Source: an uncultured bacterium (GTDB lineage: Bacteria; UBA8481). From it: a stretch of 64,000 nt of DNA. The notes under the pieces were generated by a model, which saw only the letters and a program-made list of their open reading frames with translations, did no database searches and was not told where the DNA came from. Shown here piece after piece: positions 1-8,155 of the stretch. Location of the stretch: the NCBI GenBank assembly GCA_964548165.1, contig CAZJQD010000008.1, forward strand, positions 1,979 through 65,978. The letters are read 5' to 3'. Both the position numbers and the translations under genes were made by a program. How positions within the stretch are numbered: the stretch's first letter is position 1; each line of letters opens with the position of its first letter.

Positions 1-797
1 TTGAGATCCTGGAGTCGACCACGGCGCGCGCCGCGGATCGCGGTGCCGCGCTCGTCGCGTGGAGCGAGACGGTCCTGCTGGAGTATCCCAACCTGCCGGG
101 ATCGGCCGCGCAACGGCTCCAGTCCCTCTCGGATCGGTTAGCCGTCTCCCTGCTCGTGGGCGCCCCCACCTACGTGAGCGCGAACGACAAGCGCAACAGC
201 GCCTACCTGGTCCGCCCGCGACGGAATGGATCGGCTGATTCGACGCTGGTGGCGCCGCGGTTCTCTCGCTACGACAAGGTGCATCTTGTCCCCTTCGGAG
301 AGTTTCTACCCGGATGGGGTCCGGATGACGGGCACGTGATCCTGCCCGAGGGAACCGGAGACTTCAGCCCGGCCGCGCACGTGCATCCGATCCAGGGGAT
401 CGGACCGCTCATCTGCTACGAGGGGGCGTTACCGAACCTGGCGCGCGACCAGGCCCAGGCTGGGGCTCGGCTCCTGGCCAACCTCGCGAATGATGCCTGG
501 ACGCACAGCTCCGTGGAGGCTGAACAGCACTATCGTCTCTCGCTCCTCAGGGCCGTCGAGAATGGGCGCCCGCTGGTACGCGCTGGGAACGTCGGGCGGA
601 GCGCGCTTGTCCGGGCGGACGGGACTGTTGTCGAGACCCTGGCGCCCGGGGAGCGAGGGGTCCTGGTGGGAGACCTCGCCCTGGCCGCGGATCGCACGGT
701 CTACACGCGTTTCGGGGATTGGGTCGGCTGGCTCTGCCTCCTGGGGACGCCGTTCTCCTTGACAGTCGGCGGCAAGCGCTGGGATCATTCACCTTGA
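1..797 (+). CDS. lnt: apolipoprotein N-acyltransferase (Lnt), C-terminal CN-hydrolase part; 5' end lies outside window
   Basis: Frame-3 ORF is open to the window start (…EILESTTARAADRGAALVAWSETVLLEYPNLPG… precedes the first Met at 156). Nitrilase/CN-hydrolase-type domain with the Lnt-typical segment DKVHLVPFGEFLP. Stop TGA at 795-797. Confidence 0.75.
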   Translation, partial: EILESTTARAADRGAALVAWSETVLLEYPNLPGSAAQRLQSLSDRLAVSLLVGAPTYVSANDKRNSAYLVRPRRNGSADSTLVAPRFSRYDKVHLVPFGEFLPGWGPDDGHVILPEGTGDFSPAAHVHPIQGIGPLICYEGALPNLARDQAQAGARLLANLANDAWTHSSVEAEQHYRLSLLRAVENGRPLVRAGNVGRSALVRADGTVVETLAPGERGVLVGDLALAADRTVYTRFGDWVGWLCLLGTPFSLTVGGKRWDHSP

Positions 798-798
798 T

Positions 799-1992
799 AT
801 GCTGAAAGTCCTCACCGTCAGTACCAATATCAGTGCCGGTCACCGCCGCGCGGCTGAGGCCGTGGGCCAGGCGATCCAGGCCGCGGCTCCGGGTTCCGTC
901 ATCGCCGCCCGCGACGCCATGGAACTGATCGGTGAGCGGCGACGTCGCCTCCTGACCGACACCTACCTGGGGATCCTGCGCCAGCAACCGGATTTCTGGA
1001 ACTTTCTCTACCACCAGCGCTGGTTGAAGGGGCCCATCCTGGGCATGAACCGGCTCTTCCTGGGGAGCGCCCCCGAGCGTTTCGTGGAGATGGTTGATGC
1101 CTTCGGGCCCGATGTCATCATCTGCACCCAGGCGATCCCGGCGCGTATCCTGGCCGACCTGAAGCTGGACGGCCGTATCGCGGCGCCCATCCTCTCGGTG
1201 GCCACCGATTACGGCATTCACCCCTATTGGGCGCATCCGGGCATCGACTGGTTTGCGGTTCCCAGCAACACGGCGCGCGAGGAACTGGCCGCGGACGGAG
1301 TCGCGCGTCGCAAGGTCTCGGTCACGGGAATTCCCGTCCACGCCGTCTTCGAGAACCCGCCAACCCGCGAGGACGCGCGTCGCTCGCTCAACCTGCCTGA
1401 GACCGGAAAGCTGGTCCTGGTGATGGGGGGTGGCAATGGGCTCGGGATCACGGCGTCGGATGTGGCGGCGCTGGAGCGGACCCCGGGCGTGACGGGGGTC
1501 ATCCTCATTGCCGGATGCAACGAGCGCCTCCTCGATGAGGCCGCGGCGACCCCGCGGGTGCCGGGGGTGACGCGCGTCGTACGGGCGACGGTCTCGGGTA
1601 TCGAACGCTACTATGCCGCCTGTGATCTCCTCGTCTCCAAGCCCGGCGGGCTCACCATGTCCGAGGCGACCGCGATCGGCCTGCCGATCGTCATGATAGC
1701 GCCGTTGCCTGGGCAGGAGGTTCGCAACGCGGATTTCCTATGTCGCGCGGGCGCCGCGGTCTGGGCTCGTTCCAACGCGGAGATGACGGGGATCGTGTTC
1801 CGATTGATGAGCGATGAGGCGCGGATCGAGGAGTTGGCCCGGGGATCGGCTGCCGTGGGCCGGCCGACGGCCGCCCGAGACATCGCGCGCATGGTCCTGG
1901 AGCTGGCGGGACTCCGCGCAGAGATCTCCGATAGCGCGGAGCCACGGTTGGCCGCTCTCAGCCCGCTTCCTTCCTCCGCCCTCGCGCGCTGA
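799..1992 (+). CDS. MGDG-synthase-family glycosyltransferase (GT28, UgtP/processive diacylglycerol glycosyltransferase-like)
   Basis: ATG lies 1 nt after the lnt stop. C-terminal GT28/MurG-type nucleotide-sugar motifs (GGGNGLG … SKPGGLTMSEA … GLPIVMIAP). N-terminal region typical of MGDG_synth-like glycolipid synthases. Confidence 0.7.
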   Translation: MLKVLTVSTNISAGHRRAAEAVGQAIQAAAPGSVIAARDAMELIGERRRRLLTDTYLGILRQQPDFWNFLYHQRWLKGPILGMNRLFLGSAPERFVEMVDAFGPDVIICTQAIPARILADLKLDGRIAAPILSVATDYGIHPYWAHPGIDWFAVPSNTAREELAADGVARRKVSVTGIPVHAVFENPPTREDARRSLNLPETGKLVLVMGGGNGLGITASDVAALERTPGVTGVILIAGCNERLLDEAAATPRVPGVTRVVRATVSGIERYYAACDLLVSKPGGLTMSEATAIGLPIVMIAPLPGQEVRNADFLCRAGAAVWARSNAEMTGIVFRLMSDEARIEELARGSAAVGRPTAARDIARMVLELAGLRAEISDSAEPRLAALSPLPSSALAR

Positions 1993-2076
1993 ACTCCTTC
2001 GTTCGCCCCCGCGCGCGCCCTCGCGCGCGCCCTCGCGGGGATCGCGCCGCCGCGGCGTGATCGGTAGTTCGCTCCA

Positions 2077-2880
2077 GTGAACCTGTTTCTTCGTTCCTGC
2101 GCGCGCCTGGCGCCGCTTCTCGGGCCGGCGAAGGCCGCTCATCTACTCGGGGGCGCCGCATCGATGGCCGCGGGTCTTGTGCCGGCGCGGCGCGTGATTC
2201 GCGCCAACCGCGCCTACTTCGGCCTACCGGGCGCCCACGGCGAGCGCGACGCGGCCGTCCTCGGTCACTTCGGCGCCTATCTCGGCGAGTTTCTCGGCGC
2301 GGCCGGAGATCCGGGGCGACTCGACGGCATGGTGGCGGCTGAGCAGTTCGCGGCCCTCGACGCGGTCGTGGCCGCGAAGCGAAGCGTCGTCGTGGTCACG
2401 CCCCACCTCGGGAACTGGGAGATTGGCTCCTGGGCCCTGGAGAGGCACAGCCCCGGGACCGTGATGCTCCTGCGCAAGACCGGCGACCCGGTCCTGGACG
2501 CGGCCTTTCGCCGGTCGCGGGGCCAGCGAGCGGTCATCGACGTGACCGAGGGCGTCCGCCCCCTGGTCGCGGCGCTCAAGGCGGGGAGGGTGGTCGCGGC
2601 TGCCATCGACGAGCCCCGGGATCACGGGATCGACGTGGCGTTCCTGGGCCGCGTGGTTCGCTTTCCCGCGCCGCTCTTTCGGATCGTCGCGGACGCGAAG
2701 GCGCTCGTCCTCCCGGCCCGCTGTCGCCGGCTAGCGCGTGGGCGGATCGCCGTTGAGGTCAGTGGCCCCGTCACGGATACCGGCCCGCGAGAGACGGCGC
2801 AGGCCGTCGCCGATGTGTTTAGCGCGTGGATTCGCGAGGATCCGGATCAGTGGATGATGCTGGGGGAGTTTCGGAATTGA
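2077..2880 (+). CDS. lysophospholipid / lipid A-type acyltransferase (LpxL/HtrB-LPLAT superfamily)
   Basis: GTG start. HtrB/LpxL-family catalytic HLGNWE (H-X4-E) motif. About 267 aa, same strand, 84 nt after the glycosyltransferase. Confidence 0.65.
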   Translation: MNLFLRSCARLAPLLGPAKAAHLLGGAASMAAGLVPARRVIRANRAYFGLPGAHGERDAAVLGHFGAYLGEFLGAAGDPGRLDGMVAAEQFAALDAVVAAKRSVVVVTPHLGNWEIGSWALERHSPGTVMLLRKTGDPVLDAAFRRSRGQRAVIDVTEGVRPLVAALKAGRVVAAAIDEPRDHGIDVAFLGRVVRFPAPLFRIVADAKALVLPARCRRLARGRIAVEVSGPVTDTGPRETAQAVADVFSAWIREDPDQWMMLGEFRN

Positions 2881-2939
2881 GGCGTGGCCCTAATGCCGTT
2901 TGCCAAAGGGTGGGGGGTCGCGCATAATCCTCGCCGGCG

Positions 2940-3767
2940 ATGCGGCGTTATTTCCCTCATGTTTCCTTGACGGTTCTGGGGATTTCCACAGCCCTCTTGG
3001 TGTCATCCGCCATGACTTACAGGTTATCGGCGATCCCGGCTCCCTCGAGCGCGGTCGGAGCGCTTTCGCTTGCTATGCCTGCGCCGTCCGGCGCATTCAA
3101 TCCGGAGAAGAATCTCTTCGGTGCGGCGCTGGAACCCGAGCCGGCGCCGACGGCAACGGTTGCCGCCCCGCCCGCGACGCCTCCCGGCAAGTTGCTCGTC
3201 GTCGGCATCATGCAGGGCGGCGCACGATCATCGGCCATCATCCGTAACCTCGCGGCCGATTCGGTATCTGTCTTTCAGCAGGGAGCCTGGGTCTTTGGGC
3301 GCTCGGAATACCTGGCGCGCGTGGAGCCCAGCGCCGTGATCCTGGCTGGTCCCTACGGCCGGCGCCGGCTCCTCGTCGGCGTGATGCCGGATGATCAGGC
3401 GCCGATCGTCGAAGCGGCCCGGCCGCCCGCGACCGCGGCCGCCACGCCCGGCATCGAGGTCTCGCGCGCCGAGATCAACGCTTCGGTGCGATCGCCCGAG
3501 GAACTGATCGGAGCGTCGAAGCTGGTCCCGGAGGTTCGCGACGGGCGGATCGTCGGGATCCGGATCACGGTCGTCGCCGAGAACTCCATCGTGAAGAAGA
3601 TGGGCATGGAGCCCAACGACATCATCAAGGCCGTCAACGGGCAGGCCCTCGACTCACTCGAGCGGTCCACGCAGGTCTGGGAGCAGGCCAAGAAGGCGCC
3701 GGAACTGCACATGCTGGTGGAGCGGGCGGGACAGGAGCGGACGATGTCCTACTATCTCCGGCCATGA
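2940..3767 (+). CDS. gspC: type II secretion system protein C-like (N-terminal TM anchor, C-terminal PDZ domain)
   Basis: N-terminal MRRYFPH + TM helix VSLTVLGISTALLVSSA. C-terminal PDZ-like RIVGIRITVVAENSIVKKMGMEPNDIIKAVNGQALDS. Stop overlaps the gspD start (ATGA). Confidence 0.6.
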   Translation: MRRYFPHVSLTVLGISTALLVSSAMTYRLSAIPAPSSAVGALSLAMPAPSGAFNPEKNLFGAALEPEPAPTATVAAPPATPPGKLLVVGIMQGGARSSAIIRNLAADSVSVFQQGAWVFGRSEYLARVEPSAVILAGPYGRRRLLVGVMPDDQAPIVEAARPPATAAATPGIEVSRAEINASVRSPEELIGASKLVPEVRDGRIVGIRITVVAENSIVKKMGMEPNDIIKAVNGQALDSLERSTQVWEQAKKAPELHMLVERAGQERTMSYYLRP

Positions 3768-6496
3768 CCGCCGGCGCGCGGAGAATCCCGGGTCGGGCGG
3801 TGATCCTGGCGCTTTTCGTCCCGCTGGTCCTCTTGACATCGGGCCAGCCGGCGGCTGTTGCCGAGGCCCCGGTGACAGGCGCGCCTGGGAGCGGCGCGGC
3901 CGCGAGCCATGACGCGTCGGTCCAGCTGGCCGAGGCCCAGATGGCGGCCGCGCGCAGCGAGGCCGCGGCCGGCCGCTACGAGGCCGCCCTGGCCGCCTAC
4001 GACGCGCTCGCCGCCGGCGGCGGTCCGGGCGCCGATGCCGCGCTCTTCCAGAAGGGGCTCCTGCTCTTCTCCCGCCTTCGTCGTTTTCCCGACGCCATCG
4101 CCGTCTTCGAGGACGTGCCGCGCCGGTTCCCGGACTCGCCGCAGGCCGACGATGCCTACTACTACGCGGGGTTCGTGGCCCAGTTTCATCTCCGCGATGC
4201 CGATCGCGCGGTGGCCCTGTACCGCGCCGGGTACGCGGCATACCCGGGCGGCGACTATCGCTGGGCGCTGGCCGACAAGATCCGCGAGCTGACAGGCCGG
4301 TCGCCGGCGGAACTGGAGCGGGGGACCTTGCCGCGCGATACATCCCTGGTGCCCCAGGGCGTCGTGTACCAGGGCGGGGACGCGGCGATGCGCCGCCCGT
4401 CACCGACGACGGACGTCTCGGAGAGCGCGCCCCTTCGCCCGCGCGCGGCGCGCGAGATCCTGATGCAGTTCGACAAGGCGCCGATCCGGACCTTCGTGCA
4501 GTGGATGGCCACGGTCACGGGTCGCAACTTCATCGTCGACGACGACATCGCGGGCGAGATCACCGTCTTCTCGGGCCGCGCGATCCCGATCGCCGAGGTC
4601 TACCGCGTCTTCCTCTCGATCCTCGAGGTGAAGGGGTTCGCCGCCGTGGAATCGGGCGACGTCATCAAGATCGTCGCGCGCGGTTCGGCCGCCCAGTTCG
4701 AGCTCCCGATCGTCCTCGACGAGGATGGATTCGTGCCCACGGACCGCGTGGTGACGCGCATCTTCCGGCTGCGCACCGTGGGCGCCGCGGGCGCCCAGAC
4801 GCTGTTGAGGCCCTTCCTGGCCCCGACGGACCAGCTCGTCTCCTCGGCCGACGCCAACACGCTCATCGCCACGGGCCCCGGCATCAACATCGCCCGGCTC
4901 GCCGAGCTCATCGCGCTCATCGACAACCAAAGGTCGCCGCTCGTCGTGCGCAGCTACCGCATTCAGTACGCGCGCGCCGCCGCTATCGCGGACAAGATCG
5001 GGCTCCTGGCCGGAGCGTTGACTCCGCCGGGTGCGACCGCGCCGCCCTTGAAGATCCTGCCGGACGAGCGGACCAACATGCTCCATGTGCTCGCGGACGA
5101 CGCGTTGCAGACCGAGGTGCGTCGGCTCGTCCTGGAGTTCGACGTGGACCGGACCACCGAGCGGCTGATGCGCGTCTTTCCGCTGGGGTACGCGCGCGCC
5201 GAGGAGGTCGTGAAGCAGCTGCGGCAACTGCTCGGCCTGGAAGCCCTGGAGAGCGCGGCCGATTACGGCGGCATCACGCAGACGGTCATCCTCGCGGATG
5301 CCCGCCTCAACGCGGTCTCCGTGGCCACCTATACCCCGCGCGTCCTCGACATGATCGACTCCTACATCCGAACGATCGATCATCCGCCCGCGGACGCGCT
5401 CCGACGCATGCATGTCCTGCGCCTGCAGAACGCCGAGGCCGCGCTCCTGGCCGAGATGCTCAACAAGATCTACGGCTCCTCGACCTCGACGACGGGTGCG
5501 CCGACCGCGGGCGCAGCGAACCCGGCGGGGCTCGCCGACCAGGTGATCATCACCGCCGATCAGCGCACGAACTCCTTGATCGTCACCTGCACGGACGTGG
5601 ACTGGCAGAAGCTCGAGCGCCTGATCGCGGATCTCGATGTCCGCAAGAAGCAGGTCCTCATCGACGCCGTCGTCCTCGAGACGAACCTCGACGAGGCCCG
5701 CTCCCTGGGCGTGACCCTGGGCTCGGCCGACCAGCCGCTGGAAGGTCACACGCGCGTCGCGGTCCGGAGCGATCCGATCGGGTTCCTGCCGACCTACCAG
5801 GCCCTGGTCGCCCAGGGCGGGCTCACCGTCGGCGTCGTCCGCGGCCAGCTCGTCGCCGGCATGCTCAATGCCCTCCTCAGCTCCTCCCGCACCAACGTCC
5901 TGCAGATGCCGCAGATCCTGGCCTTGGACAACGAGGTGGCGACGCTGAAGGTCGGCAACCTCACGCCGATCGTGACCTCGCGTTCCGTCGGCGGCGCCAA
6001 CATCCAGATCGGCGGATCGAGCTCGGTCTTCCAGAACGTGGAGTATCGCAACATCGGCTTGAACGTGACCCTTCGCCCGCACATCGGGGACCGCGGAGAC
6101 ATCCTCATCGAGTCCCGCATCGAGATCCAGAATCGCAACCTCCAGGCGGAGGCGGGGCTCGACCTCCCGGTCTTCACGTCTCGCGAGATCGAGCAGAAGT
6201 TCCAGATCAACGATGGCGAGTACATCGTGCTCGGCGGGTTGCTGAGGACCCAGGACGACGCCACCCAGCGCGAGACGCCGTGGCTCTCGCGGGTTCCGCT
6301 CATCGGCACGCTCTTCAAGTCCTCGCGGAACTCGGAGTCGAAGACGGTACTCCTCATCTTCCTGAGGCCTCGCGTCGTCACCGACGAAGAGACGGCTCGC
6401 GTCGTCACGGAGGAGGAGCGCCTGCAGTACGAGGCCGAGGCTCGCCAGCGGCCGGGCCAGTCGACGACCGAGGCCAGCCGGTGGATCCGGCCCTGA
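3764..6496 (+). CDS. gspD: type II/IV secretin (GspD/PilQ family) with an extra N-terminal TPR (YbgF/BamD-like) domain
   Basis: Signal/TM, then ~200 aa Ala/Tyr-rich TPR-like region (…YYYAGFVAQFHLRDADRAVALYRAGYAAYPGGDYRWALADKI…). N0 domain (FDKAPIRTFVQWMATVTGRNFIVDDDIAGEITVF). Secretin core (TNSLIVTCTDVDWQKLERLIADLDVRKKQVLIDAVVLETNLDEARSLGV). C-terminal GGLLRTQDDATQRETPWLSRVPLIGTLFKSSRNSESKTVLLIFLRPRVV. 910 aa. Confidence 0.85.
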   Translation: MTAGARRIPGRAVILALFVPLVLLTSGQPAAVAEAPVTGAPGSGAAASHDASVQLAEAQMAAARSEAAAGRYEAALAAYDALAAGGGPGADAALFQKGLLLFSRLRRFPDAIAVFEDVPRRFPDSPQADDAYYYAGFVAQFHLRDADRAVALYRAGYAAYPGGDYRWALADKIRELTGRSPAELERGTLPRDTSLVPQGVVYQGGDAAMRRPSPTTDVSESAPLRPRAAREILMQFDKAPIRTFVQWMATVTGRNFIVDDDIAGEITVFSGRAIPIAEVYRVFLSILEVKGFAAVESGDVIKIVARGSAAQFELPIVLDEDGFVPTDRVVTRIFRLRTVGAAGAQTLLRPFLAPTDQLVSSADANTLIATGPGINIARLAELIALIDNQRSPLVVRSYRIQYARAAAIADKIGLLAGALTPPGATAPPLKILPDERTNMLHVLADDALQTEVRRLVLEFDVDRTTERLMRVFPLGYARAEEVVKQLRQLLGLEALESAADYGGITQTVILADARLNAVSVATYTPRVLDMIDSYIRTIDHPPADALRRMHVLRLQNAEAALLAEMLNKIYGSSTSTTGAPTAGAANPAGLADQVIITADQRTNSLIVTCTDVDWQKLERLIADLDVRKKQVLIDAVVLETNLDEARSLGVTLGSADQPLEGHTRVAVRSDPIGFLPTYQALVAQGGLTVGVVRGQLVAGMLNALLSSSRTNVLQMPQILALDNEVATLKVGNLTPIVTSRSVGGANIQIGGSSSVFQNVEYRNIGLNVTLRPHIGDRGDILIESRIEIQNRNLQAEAGLDLPVFTSREIEQKFQINDGEYIVLGGLLRTQDDATQRETPWLSRVPLIGTLFKSSRNSESKTVLLIFLRPRVVTDEETARVVTEEERLQYEAEARQRPGQSTTEASRWIRP

Positions 6497-6518
6497 GCCC
6501 CCGCTTCGCCCCGTTGCC

Positions 6519-7991
6519 GTGACCCTCTTTCGCGAGTCTGCCGATCCCGCGCTCATTCGGCGTTTCCCCCGCGAGTTCCTGCTCTCGTCGGCCGTCGTGC
6601 CCTTGCGCGAGGAGGACGGCGTCGTCGTCGTCGTGGGTGCGCCCGAGGCGCGGGGAGCGGCGGAAGAGATCGGGTCGGTATTGGAGAAGCCTGTCCGGTT
6701 CACGCCCGGTGATCCCCGGGACATCCGCCGGTTCGTCACCGAGAAGTACGACGCGGGCGGGGGCGGCCGGCAGGAGGCCATCGACGAGCTCGAGCGCGAG
6801 GGCAGGGACGTGCGCGAGCTCGAGGAGCTGGCCAACGAGGCACCGGTCGTGAGGCTCGTGGGGGCCGTCCTCCAGGCGGCCCGGGAGCGCGGCGCTTCGG
6901 ACGTCCACATCGAGCCGCACGACGACGAGAGCGTGATCCGGTTCCGGGTTGACGGCGTTCTGGCCGAGCACGATCGCCTGCCGCGAGGTCTCCACCGCGG
7001 CGTCGTCTCGCGCATCAAGATCATGTCGCGCCTCGATATCGCCCAGACGCGGCTCCCGCAGGACGGCCGGATCACCGTGACGTCGGGGGGGAAGGAACTG
7101 GACCTCCGGGTCTCGACGATCCCGACGCCGCAGGGCGAACGCGTGGTGCTGAGGCTCCTGGAGCGCGGATCGGTCCGGAGGGGGCTGGGAGAGCTTGGCT
7201 TCACGGAATCGCTCCTGCCCCTCTGGCACGACCTCCTCGCGAATCCCCACGGCATCATCCTCGTGACCGGTCCCACCGGCAGCGGCAAGACGACGACGCT
7301 CTACGCCGCTCTCGACATCCTGCACACGGGCAAGGTCAACATCCTGACGGTCGAGGACCCGGTCGAGTACCAGATCGAGGGGATCGGGCAGATCCAGGTG
7401 AACCCGAAGATCAACCTGACCTTCGCCTCGGGCCTGCGCGCGATCCTGCGCCAGGATCCGGACGTCATCATGGTAGGCGAGATCCGCGACGAGGAGACGG
7501 CCGTCATCGCCGTGCAGTCCGCGCTCACCGGCCACCTCGTGCTCTCGACCCTCCACACCAACGATGCGCCGTCCGCGCTGCCGCGCCTGGTGGACATGGG
7601 CGCCGAGCCGTACCTGCTGGCGTCGAGCGTGCGCGGCGTGTTGGCGCAGAGGTTGGTGCGCCGTCTCTGCCCCCACTGTCGTCGGTCCCGCGCGGCAACG
7701 CGCGAGGAGGCCGCGTGGATGGGGGCTGATCACGTCGGCGTGACGCTCTATGATCCTGGCGCGTGCGAGCATTGCGCGGGCGTCGGATTCCGCGGCCGCA
7801 CGGGCCTCTTCGAGCTGATGCCGGTCACGGATGCGCTTCGCCCGCTCATCATGCAGAAGGCCTCGGCCTCGGCGCTCAGGCAGGCCGCGGCCGCGGAGGG
7901 CTTCCACTCGCTTCGCGAGGATGGGCGACGCGTGGTGGCGGCGGGCATCACCACGATCGCGGAGGTCGTGCGAGTCACCGAGGATATCTAG
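6519..7991 (+). CDS. gspE: type II secretion ATPase GspE (PilB/GspE family, canonical motifs intact)
   Basis: GTG start 22 nt after gspD. Walker A GPTGSGKTTT, Asp box EDPVEY, Walker B IMVGEIRDEET, His box LVLSTLHTNDA, tetracysteine CPHC…CEHC. Confidence 0.9.
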   Translation: MTLFRESADPALIRRFPREFLLSSAVVPLREEDGVVVVVGAPEARGAAEEIGSVLEKPVRFTPGDPRDIRRFVTEKYDAGGGGRQEAIDELEREGRDVRELEELANEAPVVRLVGAVLQAARERGASDVHIEPHDDESVIRFRVDGVLAEHDRLPRGLHRGVVSRIKIMSRLDIAQTRLPQDGRITVTSGGKELDLRVSTIPTPQGERVVLRLLERGSVRRGLGELGFTESLLPLWHDLLANPHGIILVTGPTGSGKTTTLYAALDILHTGKVNILTVEDPVEYQIEGIGQIQVNPKINLTFASGLRAILRQDPDVIMVGEIRDEETAVIAVQSALTGHLVLSTLHTNDAPSALPRLVDMGAEPYLLASSVRGVLAQRLVRRLCPHCRRSRAATREEAAWMGADHVGVTLYDPGACEHCAGVGFRGRTGLFELMPVTDALRPLIMQKASASALRQAAAAEGFHSLREDGRRVVAAGITTIAEVVRVTEDI

Positions 7992-8012
7992 CGTGCCCAT
8001 CTACTATTCACG
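7987..8012. repeat. copy 1 of a duplicated 26-nt motif, ctagNgtgcccatctact… (partner at 8130-8155, which contains the gspF GTG start)
   Basis: ctagcgtgcccatctactattcacga versus ctagagtgcccatctactcgtatcga. A 13-nt exact core (gtgcccatctact) plus the ctag; 21 of 26 positions identical, 143 nt apart. Confidence 0.6.
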
Positions 8013-8039
8013 ACCATCCCGGCAAAGCCGGGCCGGTCG

Positions 8040-8072
8040 CCAAGGGGGGTGCACGAACAGCTCCCCCCTTGG
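8040..8072 (+). other. perfect 10-bp GC stem-loop in the gspE-gspF spacer (ccaagggggg-N13-ccccccttgg); no downstream U-tract
   Basis: Left arm 8040-8049, right arm 8063-8072, exact reverse complements. Preceded by a smaller hairpin cccggc-aaa-gccggg (8018-8032). Confidence 0.5.
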
Positions 8073-8129
8073 ACACCCCCCATCTCGCACTTGTAGATAT
8101 GGCAGGATCCTGTTCAGATTGAGCGGACA

Positions 8130-8155
8130 CTAGAGTGCCCATCTACTCGTATCGA
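8130..8155. repeat. copy 2 of the duplicated 26-nt motif; overlaps the gspF start codon
   Basis: See 7987-8012. Encodes the N-terminus VPIYSY of GspF. Copy 1 opens a 46-codon ORF (VPIYYSRP…) that ends at the TAG of this copy. Confidence 0.6.

Noticed and set aside
2900-3247. 115-aa ORF overlapping the gspC start in another frame
   Set aside because: Fully overlapped by gspC, whose N-terminal TM + PDZ architecture is coherent. The overlapping frame is low-complexity.
4400-7288. 962-aa minus-strand ORF antisense to gspD/gspE. Similar giant antisense or read-through ORFs: 20167-23571(-), 24970-26547(-), 31638-33461(-), 33464-34936(-), and the N-terminal extensions of 13373-16468(-) and 18154-22941(+)
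   Set aside because: Arg/Pro/Gly-rich low-complexity translations typical of stop-codon-poor antisense frames in high-GC DNA. Each fully overlaps a sense gene with clear family signatures. The two long sense ORFs were trimmed to internal starts that match homolog N-termini.
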